From: Tubiluchus corallicola
Lineage: Eukaryota; Animalia; Priapulida
Reading direction: 5' to 3'
Assembly: GCA_030141605.1 (NCBI GenBank)
Contig: JAQGDQ010000533.1
Span: forward strand, 62,001 to 126,000
DNA length: 64,000 bases
The notes beneath the pieces were generated by a model. It did not search any database and was not told the DNA's origin. It saw only the letters and a program-made list of their open reading frames with translations. The first letter of the stretch is position 1. Every line of letters begins with the position of its first letter. This document shows, piece after piece, positions 1 to 12,829 of the stretch. The translations under genes and the position numbers were made by a program.

Positions 1-113
1 AATAGAATAGAATAGAATAGAATAGAATAGAATAGAATAGAATAGAATAGAATAGAATAGAATAGAATAGAATAGAATAGAATAGAACAGAACAGAACAG
101 AATAGAATAGAAC
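1..113. repeat. (AATAG)n microsatellite
   Basis: Direct pentamer tandem run. It is followed by TTTATT, i.e. AATAAA + (TTCTA)n on the minus strand, as in a retroposon 3' tail. Confidence 0.95.
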
Positions 114-319
114 AAATTTATTTTACAACAACAAATGCAACGATACAATTGTCGCGAACATACGGAGCCTCCAAAGGGACATGACAAAAAAATTTAATAC
201 GTATAATCCGTGCGCACAAAATACTAATCTGAGGCCACGAATTACTAATCCGTGCGCACGGAATCGCTGGCCACGAATTAATACAATCGTATTTAATACA
301 ATAATAATACAATAATACA

Positions 320-475
320 ATTATTACCCCACTTTACTCTAAATACCAAGTGCCAGGCAGGACAATAGCAGGTACCATTTTTAAAGTCTTCAGTATGACC
401 CGGGCGCAGGATCAAACTCACGACCTCCCAGGCGGAAAAACTGTCGTGTTACCATTAGGTTAAACCGTCTGGTCA
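320..475 (-). mobile_element. tRNA-derived SINE, MetaSINE-like core (copy 1)
   Basis: Minus strand reads A-box-like TAATGGTAA, B-box-like GAGTTTGATCC, then GGTCATACTGAAGACTTTAAAAATGGTACCTGCT..CCTGCCTGGCACT. Alignable copies at about 17240, 21955 and 58170. The Meta-domain assignment is from memory of the motif. Confidence 0.7.
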
Positions 476-2526
476 ATGTATTGTGTGTTATTATATTAGG
501 ATTGTCTGGTTCTATGTATTATCGTATGAGTTATTCAATGTTAATGTTTTTGGCCTCTATGTGGGAGCCTTAAGAATCCCAATTTTTAAAAGCCAGGGTA
601 CGCGTCTACGCCATTTGTTCCTAAAAATTAATGATTCATAACTCATTTTATTGTGTGGATAAAAATGTAAAATTGTAATACACAGAAAAGCGTGTCATCA
701 TAAAAACAATTAATTTGCATTTTACTGTAGTAAGTTACAAAGTAACTACATAGTACATTCATGACTTGTTGTACTTGTATAGGGGTGAAACATACCTGTT
801 TATGCCAACGTACATTATCTGCTACTAAGTTCAGTTCAAATGTAGCATGTCAAACCAAGAAATATGCAGAATTTTCCCATATGAGGTCAATATCTTTGTC
901 TCAGGCTCAATTCACACAAACTATCATTTTCACCATTGCAAAGTGTTCACAAAACTTACTTCACAGAAATCCAAACAGCATTTAGAATTGCAGCGGTAGA
1001 ATTATAGGACACAGACACACAGCAAATTGACAGTTTGGTAAAACCATGGGCACTAAGAACTGTTGTTATTTTCGACGTGTATGTGCAAACGCACATGTAG
1101 CCTAAGCTCCTTTCACATGTCCCCATTTTGATAGACTTACGTTAAAACGTATGGCGGAAAGACTACGTTTCCCTTGATCTTTTTGCGTCGTTACTGCAGA
1201 GGTTGTGAGCCCATTAGATGAAGTCTGAACCTGGTAGAATCTGGTGGCTGGTAGAGTCTGTAGGAACCCCTTTAAACTAGTCAGGAACACTGTATAACTT
1301 TTGTATATATTTATGATTGCATTTCTTTTTACTCCCTGCTGTTTAATGGCGTTCTCGGATTCAATTTTCATTATCACTAATTTTCATCGTTTACAAATGC
1401 CTAAACTTCACAACTGTTTGATATCTTTATTGTGTCATTAAACTTAATATTTTGTTACCTAATTGCCTGGTTACAGGTTGATTTTTGAGGTATAGAAGAA
1501 AGTCTTTTTATCAATCACACCACAAAAGAATCCACGTTGTTTAGGTAGAGCCTGCCTACGCTCAGCTACTATTTCTCGGTTTTGAATCATTTATGAGACA
1601 CGGAGCTGGAGATATACAACACGAACTTATGTACTCTTACTGGACTTGAAAAGGCCGTTTGAATATTTTGCACCCACACGCTACGCCCACGAGGTGAACA
1701 ACTGGCGTACAGTTGCTGAACTGAACAAATTAATAATAACAAAGAGAAATCAGTCAGAAGTGGAATTTTTACATTTTGTAAGATACCAATCAAAACTTCA
1801 GAGCTACTGGACCCTTCATCGGGTTTTATTGGCGATGATAATAAACTGAACTGAACTGAACTGAACTGACTAACTGAGACGAAATTTCTTTATACGTGAA
1901 GCTGAAGCTTGATTTCAGCGTTTTAAACGTTAAAGCTGTGAAAGATTTCTCCGTGCCATATTTCCCTGAATAGGTTAATTACCTTATATATATTTTTTAA
2001 ATTATAAATGGTGTAGATGCAAATAACATTAATTATTATTAAATTTTAAAGCTTTATAATGCTGTTCTCGAAATAATTATTATTTACAAAGCAAAAACAG
2101 AATAGTACAAACAAGTTAAACTGTAAAAAACAAAAGTTGTCGGTTATATATTCCTTACGCATTCTAAATAATCATTAGCCATTTTCTGTCAATCAGTAAT
2201 GATAATAATGATAATGATAAAGATAATCAGGGAATTTAATAAGTTTATTTATTGAATTTTACTGATAATTTCACTTGTTTGAGCTGTATGTTAAATTGTT
2301 GCCTTAAGTATAAACATTATCTATGGTCACAGACTAGGCAAGGCATAGATCTATACAATAATAACAGAGAATTTAATACAATAAATTTCTTTTTTTGCGT
2401 ACAAATTCGCTTCTTTGAGTATTTGTTAAAATTGGCAGCGATTGTGGCCTGAAGCATAAACAATATATCTATGATTACAGACCAGGCAAGACATAGGTCT
2501 ATGCTATAATGGGCCTACACAATGTG

Positions 2527-5500
2527 TTAGTTATTATCAGATTCTACTACTGATGTTGCTGAAGACGGAATATCGGTTGAGCCTGGCAGCGACGTTGATG
2601 TCGTTGATGGTTGCGATGTTCTACTGGTAGAGGATGGATTCAAGGAGCTTATTTCGTCATTGACGATGTCGTCAGCGGTTCCCTGTTGTACTGAACCGTT
2701 CAATAAGTTTCTGGGACGCAATGCCTGCGGGACAGCGCTTACCGCATTCGCTCCGGCTACAAAAGTTCAAACAAGCAATGTTGAAATCTTAATAATTCCA
2801 GCGACTTAAAGGACAAGAAAAGGGGTACCTCAAGTAGGTTTCAGAAAAATCGTCTTAAAAATTATAATTACTTTAAGGCAATTTTATACATATATCGTAC
2901 TCGTGCTAAAATTAATCTTTGTTTGTTTTCATTTTAAATCTCCAACAATACTGTTCCGACTGCGCCATTACATGACGTCATATACGCACAACGCAAATCA
3001 GGGGAAGAAAAGGAAATGTTAGATTATGTCCCAAAAAACTTTCCAAGCAAAATTATATTACTTAGTTTAACACTTACCTGCTGGAAAACCATATGTAACT
3101 AGATAAGAAAATTATTAATTGTTTGAAATGTTTCACCAATTGATAAAATGTCACTGACTCACCCTCCAGGGTGCACCACTTACTAACCAAAAACGTATTT
3201 TTAATTTTATTGATAAGGTATAGTAATTTAAAATTTTACTCAGTTTGTGAACGTGTGCGCTACGAATGCTCTGATTATTTTTTCAATGTAAAACACAATT
3301 TTATCTAAACTTGTTTCAAATGAACTGTCGTCAAAATGGCTGCGTCTAACGGTCATCGCGGGAGTTGAAATTTACATGTTTTATACAGCGTGACTGCGGA
3401 TTGAAGTCTTGTATGTAAAAATACAGTGTGTAAGTGGTATAAAATTTCAAGACGAATTTTTTGAGCTTTATGTAAGTGGAGAGTTTTCTTGTGCTTTAAG
3501 TGGCATTACCTAACATCCGGAATGCGTATACTTTAAGTGTCGTTTATCTTGCATCCGGAATGCGTATGCGTTATGCGTTATCCACCTGAGGAACAGCTGC
3601 GCATAAAAAATGAATAGGAAACAGCTGCAGAAACGCATAACGCAGGTCTGATAAATCGATGCCTTGAAAAACAATATAAACCGATTTTATCTATTCCGCA
3701 TACGCATAACGTATGCGCATTCCGGATGTCCGGTAAACGCCACTTTACGCAAAAACGTTACAATTTTAAATTTGCTCAAAAATAGAACTACAATAATTTT
3801 ATTTTTATTGCAACAACTTGAGTGAATGAATGAAAAATAAGACAAGCAGATAAGCAGATAAAGGACATTTAAAACGCATTCTCTGATATGAATCTAAACT
3901 GCCTTGTGTTGATCTAATTTGTGAAGAATGTCCAGACCATAAGAGCGGGATTTAGTAGCAATAATTATTATGATTTATGGTCTAGACATTAGTGAAATAA
4001 AATAAAGCACCAAGTCATAGATCATTTAATATGTATTTGATTAATATAAATTAGCAGGTGAACAAACAATCCCACAACCAGACGAAATGTAATAAATTGT
4101 ATTCAATAAGTATTACCATTCGTAATTTTTGAATGCATGGGGCTATGTTTATCTAAAAATATTTCCCAGAAGAGTGCTTTATCATAAATAGACTGGTGTA
4201 GCTGACCAAATTAACCCTTGCTCAGATTAAACCCCTGTATAGTTTGGCCAAGGCTAGAGTTTCTCCCTGGAGATAAACCATCCTAGATGATATTATACCC
4301 GGAGTGTAAAATAGCCTAGGCCAGACTATTTCGGGTCCCTCCAGCCCAAAATATGCCCCTCTTGGTTGTTACTACTTTTATCACATTATGAACGGTCAAA
4401 TTACTTTACATTATGTTACAAATGCATGTGCTTTTACCTTTATGTGTGAACACTACTGAGAAGTGTGGTAGTAATCTTTGATCATTGTGGAGTCTAATAT
4501 TTTCACTGATTGTGGTTTTCCTAGTTGAAGTAATAAAAGTCTATCTGTTCAGAGTTGTGGTCTTATTTCAATAATTAAGTCTGTTAGCTTTCTCACTTAA
4601 CTTACCTGACAAACCTGAAACCCCAATAGAATGTTTATTAATTACGCTAATTCTTGTGTATATCACTAAACCCTGCTGATATCATGGGGGGGGGCTTATA
4701 ATCTGACCTGGGGGTAAGAATTAATTGGCCTAGACCATAATATACCAGGGTATAATCTAGCCTAAGTTGCTTTAGCACCTGGTATAGGGGTATGGACTGG
4801 GGGCGGGTATAAAGAGGCCTGTTACACCGGGGCAGAGTGCCTTTAAGTCAGGCACGGCAGTGTTTAACAGTAATATCTGAAAACTAAGGGTGCTGGACCC
4901 ATAGATACGAAATCATTACATAATCACGTATTGTTATCTATGCTTGCCTCCCATTTGCATAACGAACTCAGAAATAAGTGTAATTTTGTTATTAGACCTA
5001 CCTTTTTCGACTAGACCAGACTGCAGTGCCTTTTTAACTCTTTGAGAATTTCTCACTACCAAAGTAGCTTTCTTCCTGAACGGACTGCAATAAACAAAAA
5101 CAACAATGGACAACTATTAAAGTAGCCTAAAAAGAAGGAGGGGATAACATACCTATCAAATAATCAATCAAGTATTTAATTCTAAATCAACCACTTTGAT
5201 TTAGAGCAAAATAAGTTAGGTAATTCCGTTCAGTAAAAAATAAACTAAACTGTCTATAAAAATCTAGAGTAGTCTGCATTTGAAGGAACACTGGGCGCCA
5301 TCTTAAACTATAGCTCAAAACAATAACCTTTAAAACATTGAAAGGAACATATTGTTATTACACCAAAATTGAATTTATTCCCGACCGGTTTCGAACAAAC
5401 TGCTCATTGCCAAGGCATCTAAAACAAAGAAATTTACCAGAATTTAGAAACAACATCGAAATACAATTCAGCAGTTAGATAGCCAAACGATATATGATAT

Positions 5501-8500
5501 GACATCATGTATATTAATTTACCAATTTTCCTTGCAGATTACATATCTTCGTGGTATGAAACTATGCTACGCTTCACAAGCAAACAAACCAATATGTTAG
5601 TAGTAACAGAACTGTCAATATTTAGGGAGCCGCCATTTTGTTGCTGCATTCCACAAAATGGCAGCTCCCTAATAGTTTCGTACCAATGAAGCTATGTAAT
5701 CTGCAAGGAAAATTGGTAAATTAATATATACGATATTATATCATATATCTTTTGGCTATCTAACTACTGAATTGCATTTCGATGTTGTTTCTAAATTCTG
5801 CTAAATTTCTTTTTTTAGATGCCTTGACAATTAACAGTTTGTTTGCAACCGGTCGGCAGTAAATTCACTTTTGGTGTAATTACACTTATTTGTCAAATAT
5901 GGATAATTCAGTACGAACATATATTTTTTTTAAAAAAGTAACTTGCGCGAAATATCTATTACCGCAGCAACTTAATCTCACGTTCGCATGGCTAGTTCTA
6001 TGCTGTTACATGAATTTCGCCACTTACGTGCGGACTAGTTAGATGGGCACTAGCGCCTACGTCTCGGAAACGCGGTACACACAAAAAACTGTACTGTGTG
6101 TACGTCTCAATTCAGATATGTTGTTCAGTTGTGTTGTGGTGCACAGAAATCGACAGCTTATGCTATACTTGAAATTTATATTTTAAACATAAAAATCGCT
6201 GAGTTTTTGTATATCACACTGAATATCTTACAGTAGCAGTGTACTTCAATTTTTGCTTTCGCAAACACATGTAACACGCTCATGGAATGTTTGTGCTGTT
6301 TAAAATTACGTTAGTTTGTGATGTCATCAATAGTGGGGTTCGCACGCCGTTAATTAAATGTTTAATCTATTATTTAATTATCAGAAACGCTTTGGCATTA
6401 TTACAGGTATTAAAATGTATACTTTTTACAGTACTGCAAAATGAGATAGGATGTGAAAAATCGTCCTGTTTTCCTTTAATTCAATGCCTCTACTGACATC
6501 TACTTTTCAGAAGCAAGCTCACCTCTCATCGAGTGACAACTTGGATTTAAAATGTCCGTATAAAAGCAAAAACGTTGTAAAAAATATGAAGACACCAAGT
6601 GCACAAAACACAGCTGCAGCTGATACTACTGAAGACAACATGTCTTCTTCATAGGAATCTATAAGAGAAAACAAAAATATTAGTTTTTGCGTCTCTATTA
6701 CGTTGGAGAAACACAGGTGCAAGTTTTGTCTGGATATGTGTCACTTTAGACTGACGATTTTTTAAAAATATTTTCAACTTAAAATTTAACCCCATGGTCT
6801 GCTGCAGTTGGTGTTATACTTAAATATTTTCGCCTGTCATTCTGTTTCTCGTAATGCGTATGCCTATATTATAATACTCCAAGTCAAATTCTATTAGAAC
6901 ACCAAACTCATGGGCGTATGGGACCCTGGGTGAAATTTCACAAGGGGTGGGCAGAAAGAATTTGTCTTGAAGAAGTTTTCCGAGTGACTTCCAAATAAGT
7001 GCAAACAATGGGTCACATCTTTATACAGGACAGAGAAGACAAAAGTGTCTGAAACACAAACTATTAAAGCTATAGACCCATATGTTTATACTTATTTATA
7101 GGCTCTACATACTTGTACTCAAGACAGCATGTAATAAGCATGTAATAAGCATCCACCAATGGTGTCTTGTCAAAAATCAGTTGCAGCTAATGTGAACATT
7201 GTCATTGTTTTCTTATTTTATGTTTTCCTTTCACTTCTTCTTCCCTTCTGTTTTCTTTCTACTAACTGCAACATAGCTCTTATTTATTCTCTTCTTTTCT
7301 CTGATCTTCCTTCTTCATTATTTATTTCACTTTTCATGGTGGCTTAACAAGCTCCTCTTTTTAGCTACCGTGCGGGAAACTTCAACACCTTAATATAGTA
7401 TTTCTATGGAGTCAGAAATTATTTTTTTGTTGTTTTCAACTATACAAGAAGTTGTACATGTATATTTGTATTGTTGTAGTTTGCTGGTGAAATAAACTGA
7501 ATTTGAATTTGACAAATTTGAATTTGAATAATTGCAATAGTAAAAGTTTATAAATGGAAGACATCTAAATTATAATAACTTATAAAGTCCAAAGGTTTGT
7601 GCTTTCACTGAGCAAACGTGGAAATGCTTTCAGATATGATTTTGTTAACGTTTCAGAAATTCAAAGGAAATAATGGTGACGGTCCATGTTTTCCTTTTAC
7701 AGACATGTCTATAAGTTTGTCTGTAAATTAATTCATGAACATGTACGTAAAAAGTGTGTAAAAGACATGTGATTGATTGAACTAAATTTGATAGCAGGTA
7801 CTACCATGAACTTTAAACTTATTAAAACCTAACAACAATTCACTGCGCAAGAAACACTTTAATTGCAATGAGTAAAAAGAGGTGGTACAGTACGTAACCA
7901 ACTTTTAACTATCGAAATTTTAAATTTTGAAGTTTTAAAGTAAGATGAACTGCCCTTGAAAAACAAGATTTTGCCCTAAAATGTTCCATTCAAAACTGCT
8001 GCTTCCAGACCTCCTGCCTCGGACGCCTATTCATATACTCTCAATTGGACATACATCTCATTCCTAGTAACTTAAAGGAAAATCTGACGATTGTTTAAAC
8101 TCAATTTCATCTTAATTTACTGTCCAAAATATACATTTTCTTGCCTATAAAAGTTAACAATTGCTTCTTATATTTGAATAATTAGCTGAGAAAGTTAATT
8201 AACGGTAACCGAACACAGCTATTGCTTACGTCAGAAACTAACCATCGTTTGTGCAATGGCAGGCATCTTTCCTTGCGCGTCAAGCGGTTTGTGTAAGTGT
8301 TACAGTACTGCTTAAACGCGTGATGTCACGAAAATGGGGTATACGTCATATGACGTCAGAAACTAACACTGCAGTTCATGATCATGCTTATCACGGTACC
8401 GTTTAGTATTTGTCGGTCACGCGCATGTGACAAAAAGCCGCCGTTACCAATCTTAGTAGGTTCATTAAGCCGCGCGTAGCTTTGAAAGTTTAACGAAATT

Positions 8501-11500
8501 TGAGCATCCGAGGTAACTATTATTCAACCTAAGCTTTGATTTACAAAAAGCTACTGTAGTTTTCAATATTTTAGAGCATTCTTTATTCTGAACTAATGTC
8601 TACACAATCGTCCGGTTTTCCTTTAACAGAATGAAAAGTATAATAGTTCAATGTTATGATTGTATCGGGGTTTCCTCTTGCCTTTGCGTTATAAGATGCT
8701 GTTTTGTTTTGAACAATGTCTTCCATTCAGAAATGTGGTCCATTTAGGCCTTGCGACCAACTATGACCTAACTAATTTCGACCACAGTGGTTTAGTGACA
8801 TGAAAGAGACTAGGTATTACCTTTGTTGGTTGCAAATCCTACAAAATCGTCTCCTAGACTGAAATCTGGAAATACCATGACAACCAAACTGGCGTCTGGT
8901 GGAGTAGTGTGGTTCGTCAGAAAACTGGAATTAAAGCCAACCTGGGTGTAACCTGGGCGATAGAAAAAGACTTCATTAACTCTGATATATACAGGGTGTC
9001 TGAAAAGTCACAAGACACTATGATTTCTAAATTTCGTTTTCGTTTTCGTCCACTCTCAGCAAGCTCTTACATGAATCAAAGAGTACCATAGGGACCACAC
9101 TACTCTCTCTCATTCTTTTAGTCAAACTGTATGAAAATCTGGAAAGAGCTACTGCATCAGTCGACTTTGCTGTTCTCACTATCTTCTTCTGAGACATCTA
9201 GAGCTTCAAAGACCAATTTAATGGCAAGTCGGCATTTTGCATTGAGAAAGTCTCTCACAGCTCATGAGTGGCGAGAAAGAGTCGGATCTTACTATCGCAT
9301 AGTTTTTCCACATGGTCCGACTCTTTCCCGCCAGTCATGGGCTGTGAGAGACTTTCTCAATGCAAAATGCCCGACTTGCCATTAAATTGGTCTCTGAAGC
9401 TCTAGATGTCTCAGAAGAAGGTAGTGAGAACAGCAAAGTCGACTAATGCAGTAGCTCTTTCCAGATTTTCATACAGTTTGACTAAAACAATTGCCCAAGG
9501 TCTTAAAGCACAAGAAAACCCTCCACTTACATAAAGCTAAAAAATTCGTCTGGAAATTTTATAACGCTTGCGTACTGCCTTTTTGCATACAGGGCCTGCG
9601 TCAGCAGTAATGCTGTGTAAAACTGGTAAATTTAAACTCCCGCAATAACCGTTAGGCGCAGCCATTTTGACAATACGTCGTTTGATACAAGTCTAGATAA
9701 CACTGAGTAAAATTTGAAAAAATAATCAGAGCATTCGTAGCGCACACGTCACTAACTAAATAAAATTTTAAATTACAGTATCTTGTCAATCAGATTAAAA
9801 ATACGGTTTTGTTAAAAAGTAGTGCACCCTGGAGGTGAATCAACGACATTTTACCAATTGGCATGAACATTTTAAATTATTATTTCTAGTTACACAAGTC
9901 TTTCCAGCAGGTAAGCGAAATGCTAAGTAACATAACTTTGCTTGGAAAGTTTCTAGGAACATAATTTAACATTTCCCGTTCTTCCCCGAATTTACGTTTG
10001 CGTACATGACGTCATGTAATGGCGCCGTCGGAACAGTATTGGTGGAGATTTAAAATGAAAACAAACAAAAATTTCTTTCAACGCGAGTACGATATATGCA
10101 TAAAATTACTGTAAAGTAATATAATTTTTTAAGACGATTTTCTGAAACCTACTTCAGGTACACCTTTTCTTGTCCGTTAAAGCATTTGTGCCAATTTTCA
10201 AACATTTCGTTTTGTTTTCCAAAAATTTAGAAAATGTAACGTGTATAGTGACTTATGAGACGTCCTGTACATTGCGTGGTTCATGGTTATGGTATTGGTC
10301 TATTAGAAAGCCACTTTCACACTTAGCACGTTCACATGTGTCCACACAACATTCCTATACAGAGCAAGCTAATAAGGACCTACAGACAACAGTTAACCTG
10401 ATAATGTAGGCTGTAGGTCGCGTACTTCAAGTGATTTCAATTAGATCATTGTCATTATTACACGGGTGAACACAGTAGTAGTATGCTCAACTTATTTCTA
10501 CGCCACATCTCTTACTGAATTTACGGTTCCAAAAGCAATCTAGGGCAGACCATTTCAAGTATTTATCAGAGGTTACATTTAGGATGGAAGTTGTCGCCGA
10601 AACGTTATGAACTTGACAACGAAAACTTGCTACGTAGCGAAAGTTATTTTTGAAAGCGAACGTTTACCCAGATATGTAGCCACATACGAACGAGACATAC
10701 TACTCCTATTTTTCGTATCGGTCTACTCACGTCTATTGCTGACGAAGGTGACGTTTAGAACGTTTGACCTTGAAACGATTGGACCAATGGGCATTCTTTG
10801 GTTATAGGGCATGAGTTGAGCCCCGCACAGTCGATATGGCGGCTCCAGGTTTTTGGCACCTTGAAATTCAATGTAGTCATTTCCTGTGCATTCTTGTACT
10901 ACATTTGGGTTAGTTAGAGGGCCCTGAAAGAAAGAAATTTAGCGAGGTTATGTAAAATTTAAGCTTTAACGAGCATAAAATTGGAACACCGCACACACTT
11001 GGTATACTGGAACCGGAAACCGCATTAGCTGTTTCACATTCGATTTACATTTTTGTTTTGGTAGAATAAGGAAAAAACTTAAAAGTTTGGTTTACTGTAT
11101 TGTGTAAATACAGATTTACTGTATTTTTATTAACAATAATTTAAAGACCATGACAAACCTACCTGAATACGCAGGTAATGCAGCGTCAGTGTTACGTAAT
11201 GTTCCTCATGGGCAACAATACTTATATTGCAGTTAAGATTGTTGGCGTAGTTGCTGATGGGAAAACCAGGCGAGTGCAGCAAGCCTCTCTCATCGTACAC
11301 AACTGTTTGTTGACCACAGACGTCATAAGAGACCATAGAGCTAGATTCGGAATTCATGCTCCTGCTGCTGTCTTTGGAGGCCGTTTCCTGAAGGAATCAT
11401 AATTTGTAGCTTTTTTAGGTGTATGTGTCAAGAAAAGGAAAGTGACTTTGAGCTTCCGTAGTTACCGGGAATTCATGCCTGGCATCACGCCGCGCGTGCT

Positions 11501-11535
11501 CAAAGAGAGAAAGGGGGAGAGGAGAGAGAGGAGAC

Positions 11536-11622
<87 letters not shown>

Positions 11623-12186
11623 TGAGAACGAGAGAGAGAGGGGGGGGGAAGAGAGAGCGAGAGAGAGAGAGAGAGAGAGAGGGTGAGAGTGGAAGTACGA
11701 GCTTGTCTGTGTAGAAGTAAAATATAGTGCTTCAATGGCGAAGCGAAATTTTCTAAAAGGACTGAATTCAAGTCATCGGCTTAACACTTCCGCTAGCTTA
11801 AAGGAAAACCGGATGATTGTGTAAACATTAGTTCAGAATAAAGAATGCTCTAAAATATTGAAAACTGACTTTTTTAAATCAAAGCTTAGATTAAGTAATA
11901 ATTAGCGTTGCGGGAGATTTAAAATGAAAACAAACAAAAATTCCTTTCAAAGCAAGTACGATATATGTATAAGATGCTGTAAAGTAATATAATTTTTTTC
12001 AAACCTACTTTAGGTATCCCGTTTCTTGTCCTTTAATTCTACAAAGTAAGTATAAACTTCTCTAGATTCATTAGGCACAGAAATTTGGTATTTAGATTTG
12101 CATTGCATACTTACGCCACAAACTGAAGAAGACCAAATCCATATCCATGTTATCCCTAATAAATAACGCGATATATCCGTGTTCAT
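2527..12186 (-). CDS. Type I membrane protein: signal peptide, single CUB domain, TM helix, Ser/Thr-rich tail (~356 aa, 7 exons)
   Basis: Exons 12115-12186, 11163-11387, 10731-10923, 8821-8952, 6523-6658, 5002-5084, 2527-2756. All introns are GT-AG with consistent phases (0,0,1,1,2,1); total 1071 nt. Start context GCCATG; N-terminus MNTDISRYLLGITWIWIWSSSVCG. CUB with four Cys: VCGQ..LHSPGFPISNYANNLNC..QECTGNDYIEF..RLCG..SNVLNVTFVSN..QVGFNSSF. TM: VVSAAAVFCALGVFIFFTTFLLLY. Confidence 0.88.
2806..3499 (+). mobile_element. Non-autonomous TTAA-flanked DNA transposon, family A (Kolobok/T2-MITE-like)
   Basis: TTAA|AGGACAAGAAAA ... TTTTCTTGTGCT|TTAA (12-bp TIR, 1 mismatch). The internal sequence recurs at 9503, ~26850, ~29030, 35230, ~45700 and 62678. 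Confidence 0.85.
3497..3747. mobile_element. Palindromic MITE, PIF/Harbinger(Tourist)-like, with duplicated left end
   Basis: TAAGTGTCGTTTA..CATCCGGAATGCG inverted against CGCATTCCGGATG..TAAACGCCACTTTA. TAA/TTA flanks. The left terminus occurs twice (3497 and ~3534). Confidence 0.6.
4193..4830. mobile_element. Degenerate TIR element (MULE-like MITE)
   Basis: CTGGTGTAGCTGACC..AACCC at left versus GGGTATAAAGAGGCCTGTTACACCGG at right, with subterminal GGCTAG/CTAGCC/TATACC motifs. No clean TSD. Confidence 0.45.
5280..6479 (+). mobile_element. TTAA-type MITE family C, interrupted by a fold-back insertion
   Basis: TTGA|AGGAACAC ... GTTTTCCT|TTAA. Collinear with 60289-60851 and the reverse complement of 34650-35192 once 5357-5880 is removed. 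Confidence 0.8.
5357..5880. mobile_element. Fold-back pair of Penelope-like terminal fragments
   Basis: Arms 5357-5565 and 5670-5880 are inverted copies, with an inner hairpin at 5622-5671. The arms carry (TC)GAAACCGGTCGG..AATAAA, typical of PLE pseudo-LTRs. The inversion is certain; the PLE identity is inferred. Confidence 0.65.
8072..8626 (+). mobile_element. TTAA-flanked MITE family B (Kolobok/T2-like)
   Basis: TTAA|AGGAAAATCTGACGATTGT ... ACAATCGTCCGGTTTTCCT|TTAA. Second full copy at 43600-44155. Confidence 0.88.
9116..9487. repeat. Near-perfect long palindrome (~170-bp arms, ~29-nt loop)
   Basis: TTTTAGTCAAACTGTATGAAAATCTGGAAAGAGCTACTGCA... is mirrored by ...TGCAGTAGCTCTTTCCAGATTTTCATACAGTTTGACTAAAA with only a few substitutions and one indel. 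Confidence 0.95.
9503..10180 (-). mobile_element. MITE family A, full copy
   Basis: Reverse complement of 2806-3499: TTAA|AGCACAAGAAAA ... TTTTCTTGTCCG|TTAA. Confidence 0.85.
11503..11682. repeat. (GA)n microsatellite
   Basis: Direct dinucleotide run in intron 1 of the CUB gene. Confidence 0.95.
11798..12036 (-). mobile_element. Chimeric MITE: family B end fused to family A end
   Basis: 11798-11900 matches the reverse complement of ~8520-8626. 11905-12036 matches the reverse complement of ~2806-2945. TTAA is present on both sides. Confidence 0.8.
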
Positions 12187-12373
12187 GGCTTCAGTGTCAG
12201 TACACAAATCTCTGACAGTTCTCGACCGTTTCTTTCTCTTTGAGAACTTTGTAAGCTAAAGTATTGACAGTTTGTTCGTTTTGCAGTTTTTATTTTTTAT
12301 GCATCAAAGAATAAACGCTAAAAAATTATTTGTTGGCAACGAAATTTATGATTATTATATCTATGGTCCAAGT

Positions 12374-12779
12374 TCACAGTTCATCTTCTTCTTCTTCACA
12401 ACGACTTCGCCTTCTGCGACTGAGCAAACTGAGTTGTTCATCTGATTTGCCAAAGTCTTGAATCAGTTCATTAACACCTGTGTTGACTGCAGCTTCAGCA
12501 TCATTCTGCAGCAGACGAAGGTAAACGTCATCATTGGCCAAGCTACACGAGTGGTTTTCTCTGCAAAGGAAAAAAGTGCAGTACAAACTCATCTGTGTAA
12601 CAATTACGTGTTAAGTTGCAGCTGTTTGGTCAAAATATTGAGTTATTTAACCACCTTAAGTCACCATTAGATGGTCAAAATATTGAGCTATCTAACCACC
12701 TTAACCCGCCGCTAGGTGGCCACAATATTAAGTTACCTGTCAATAAATCAGCGGATAACAAACTGCGGGTAACAAACTA

Positions 12780-12829
<50 letters not shown>

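Noticed and set aside
11415-11771. ORFs with (LS)n or (RE)n
   Set aside because: Translations of the (GA)n microsatellite.
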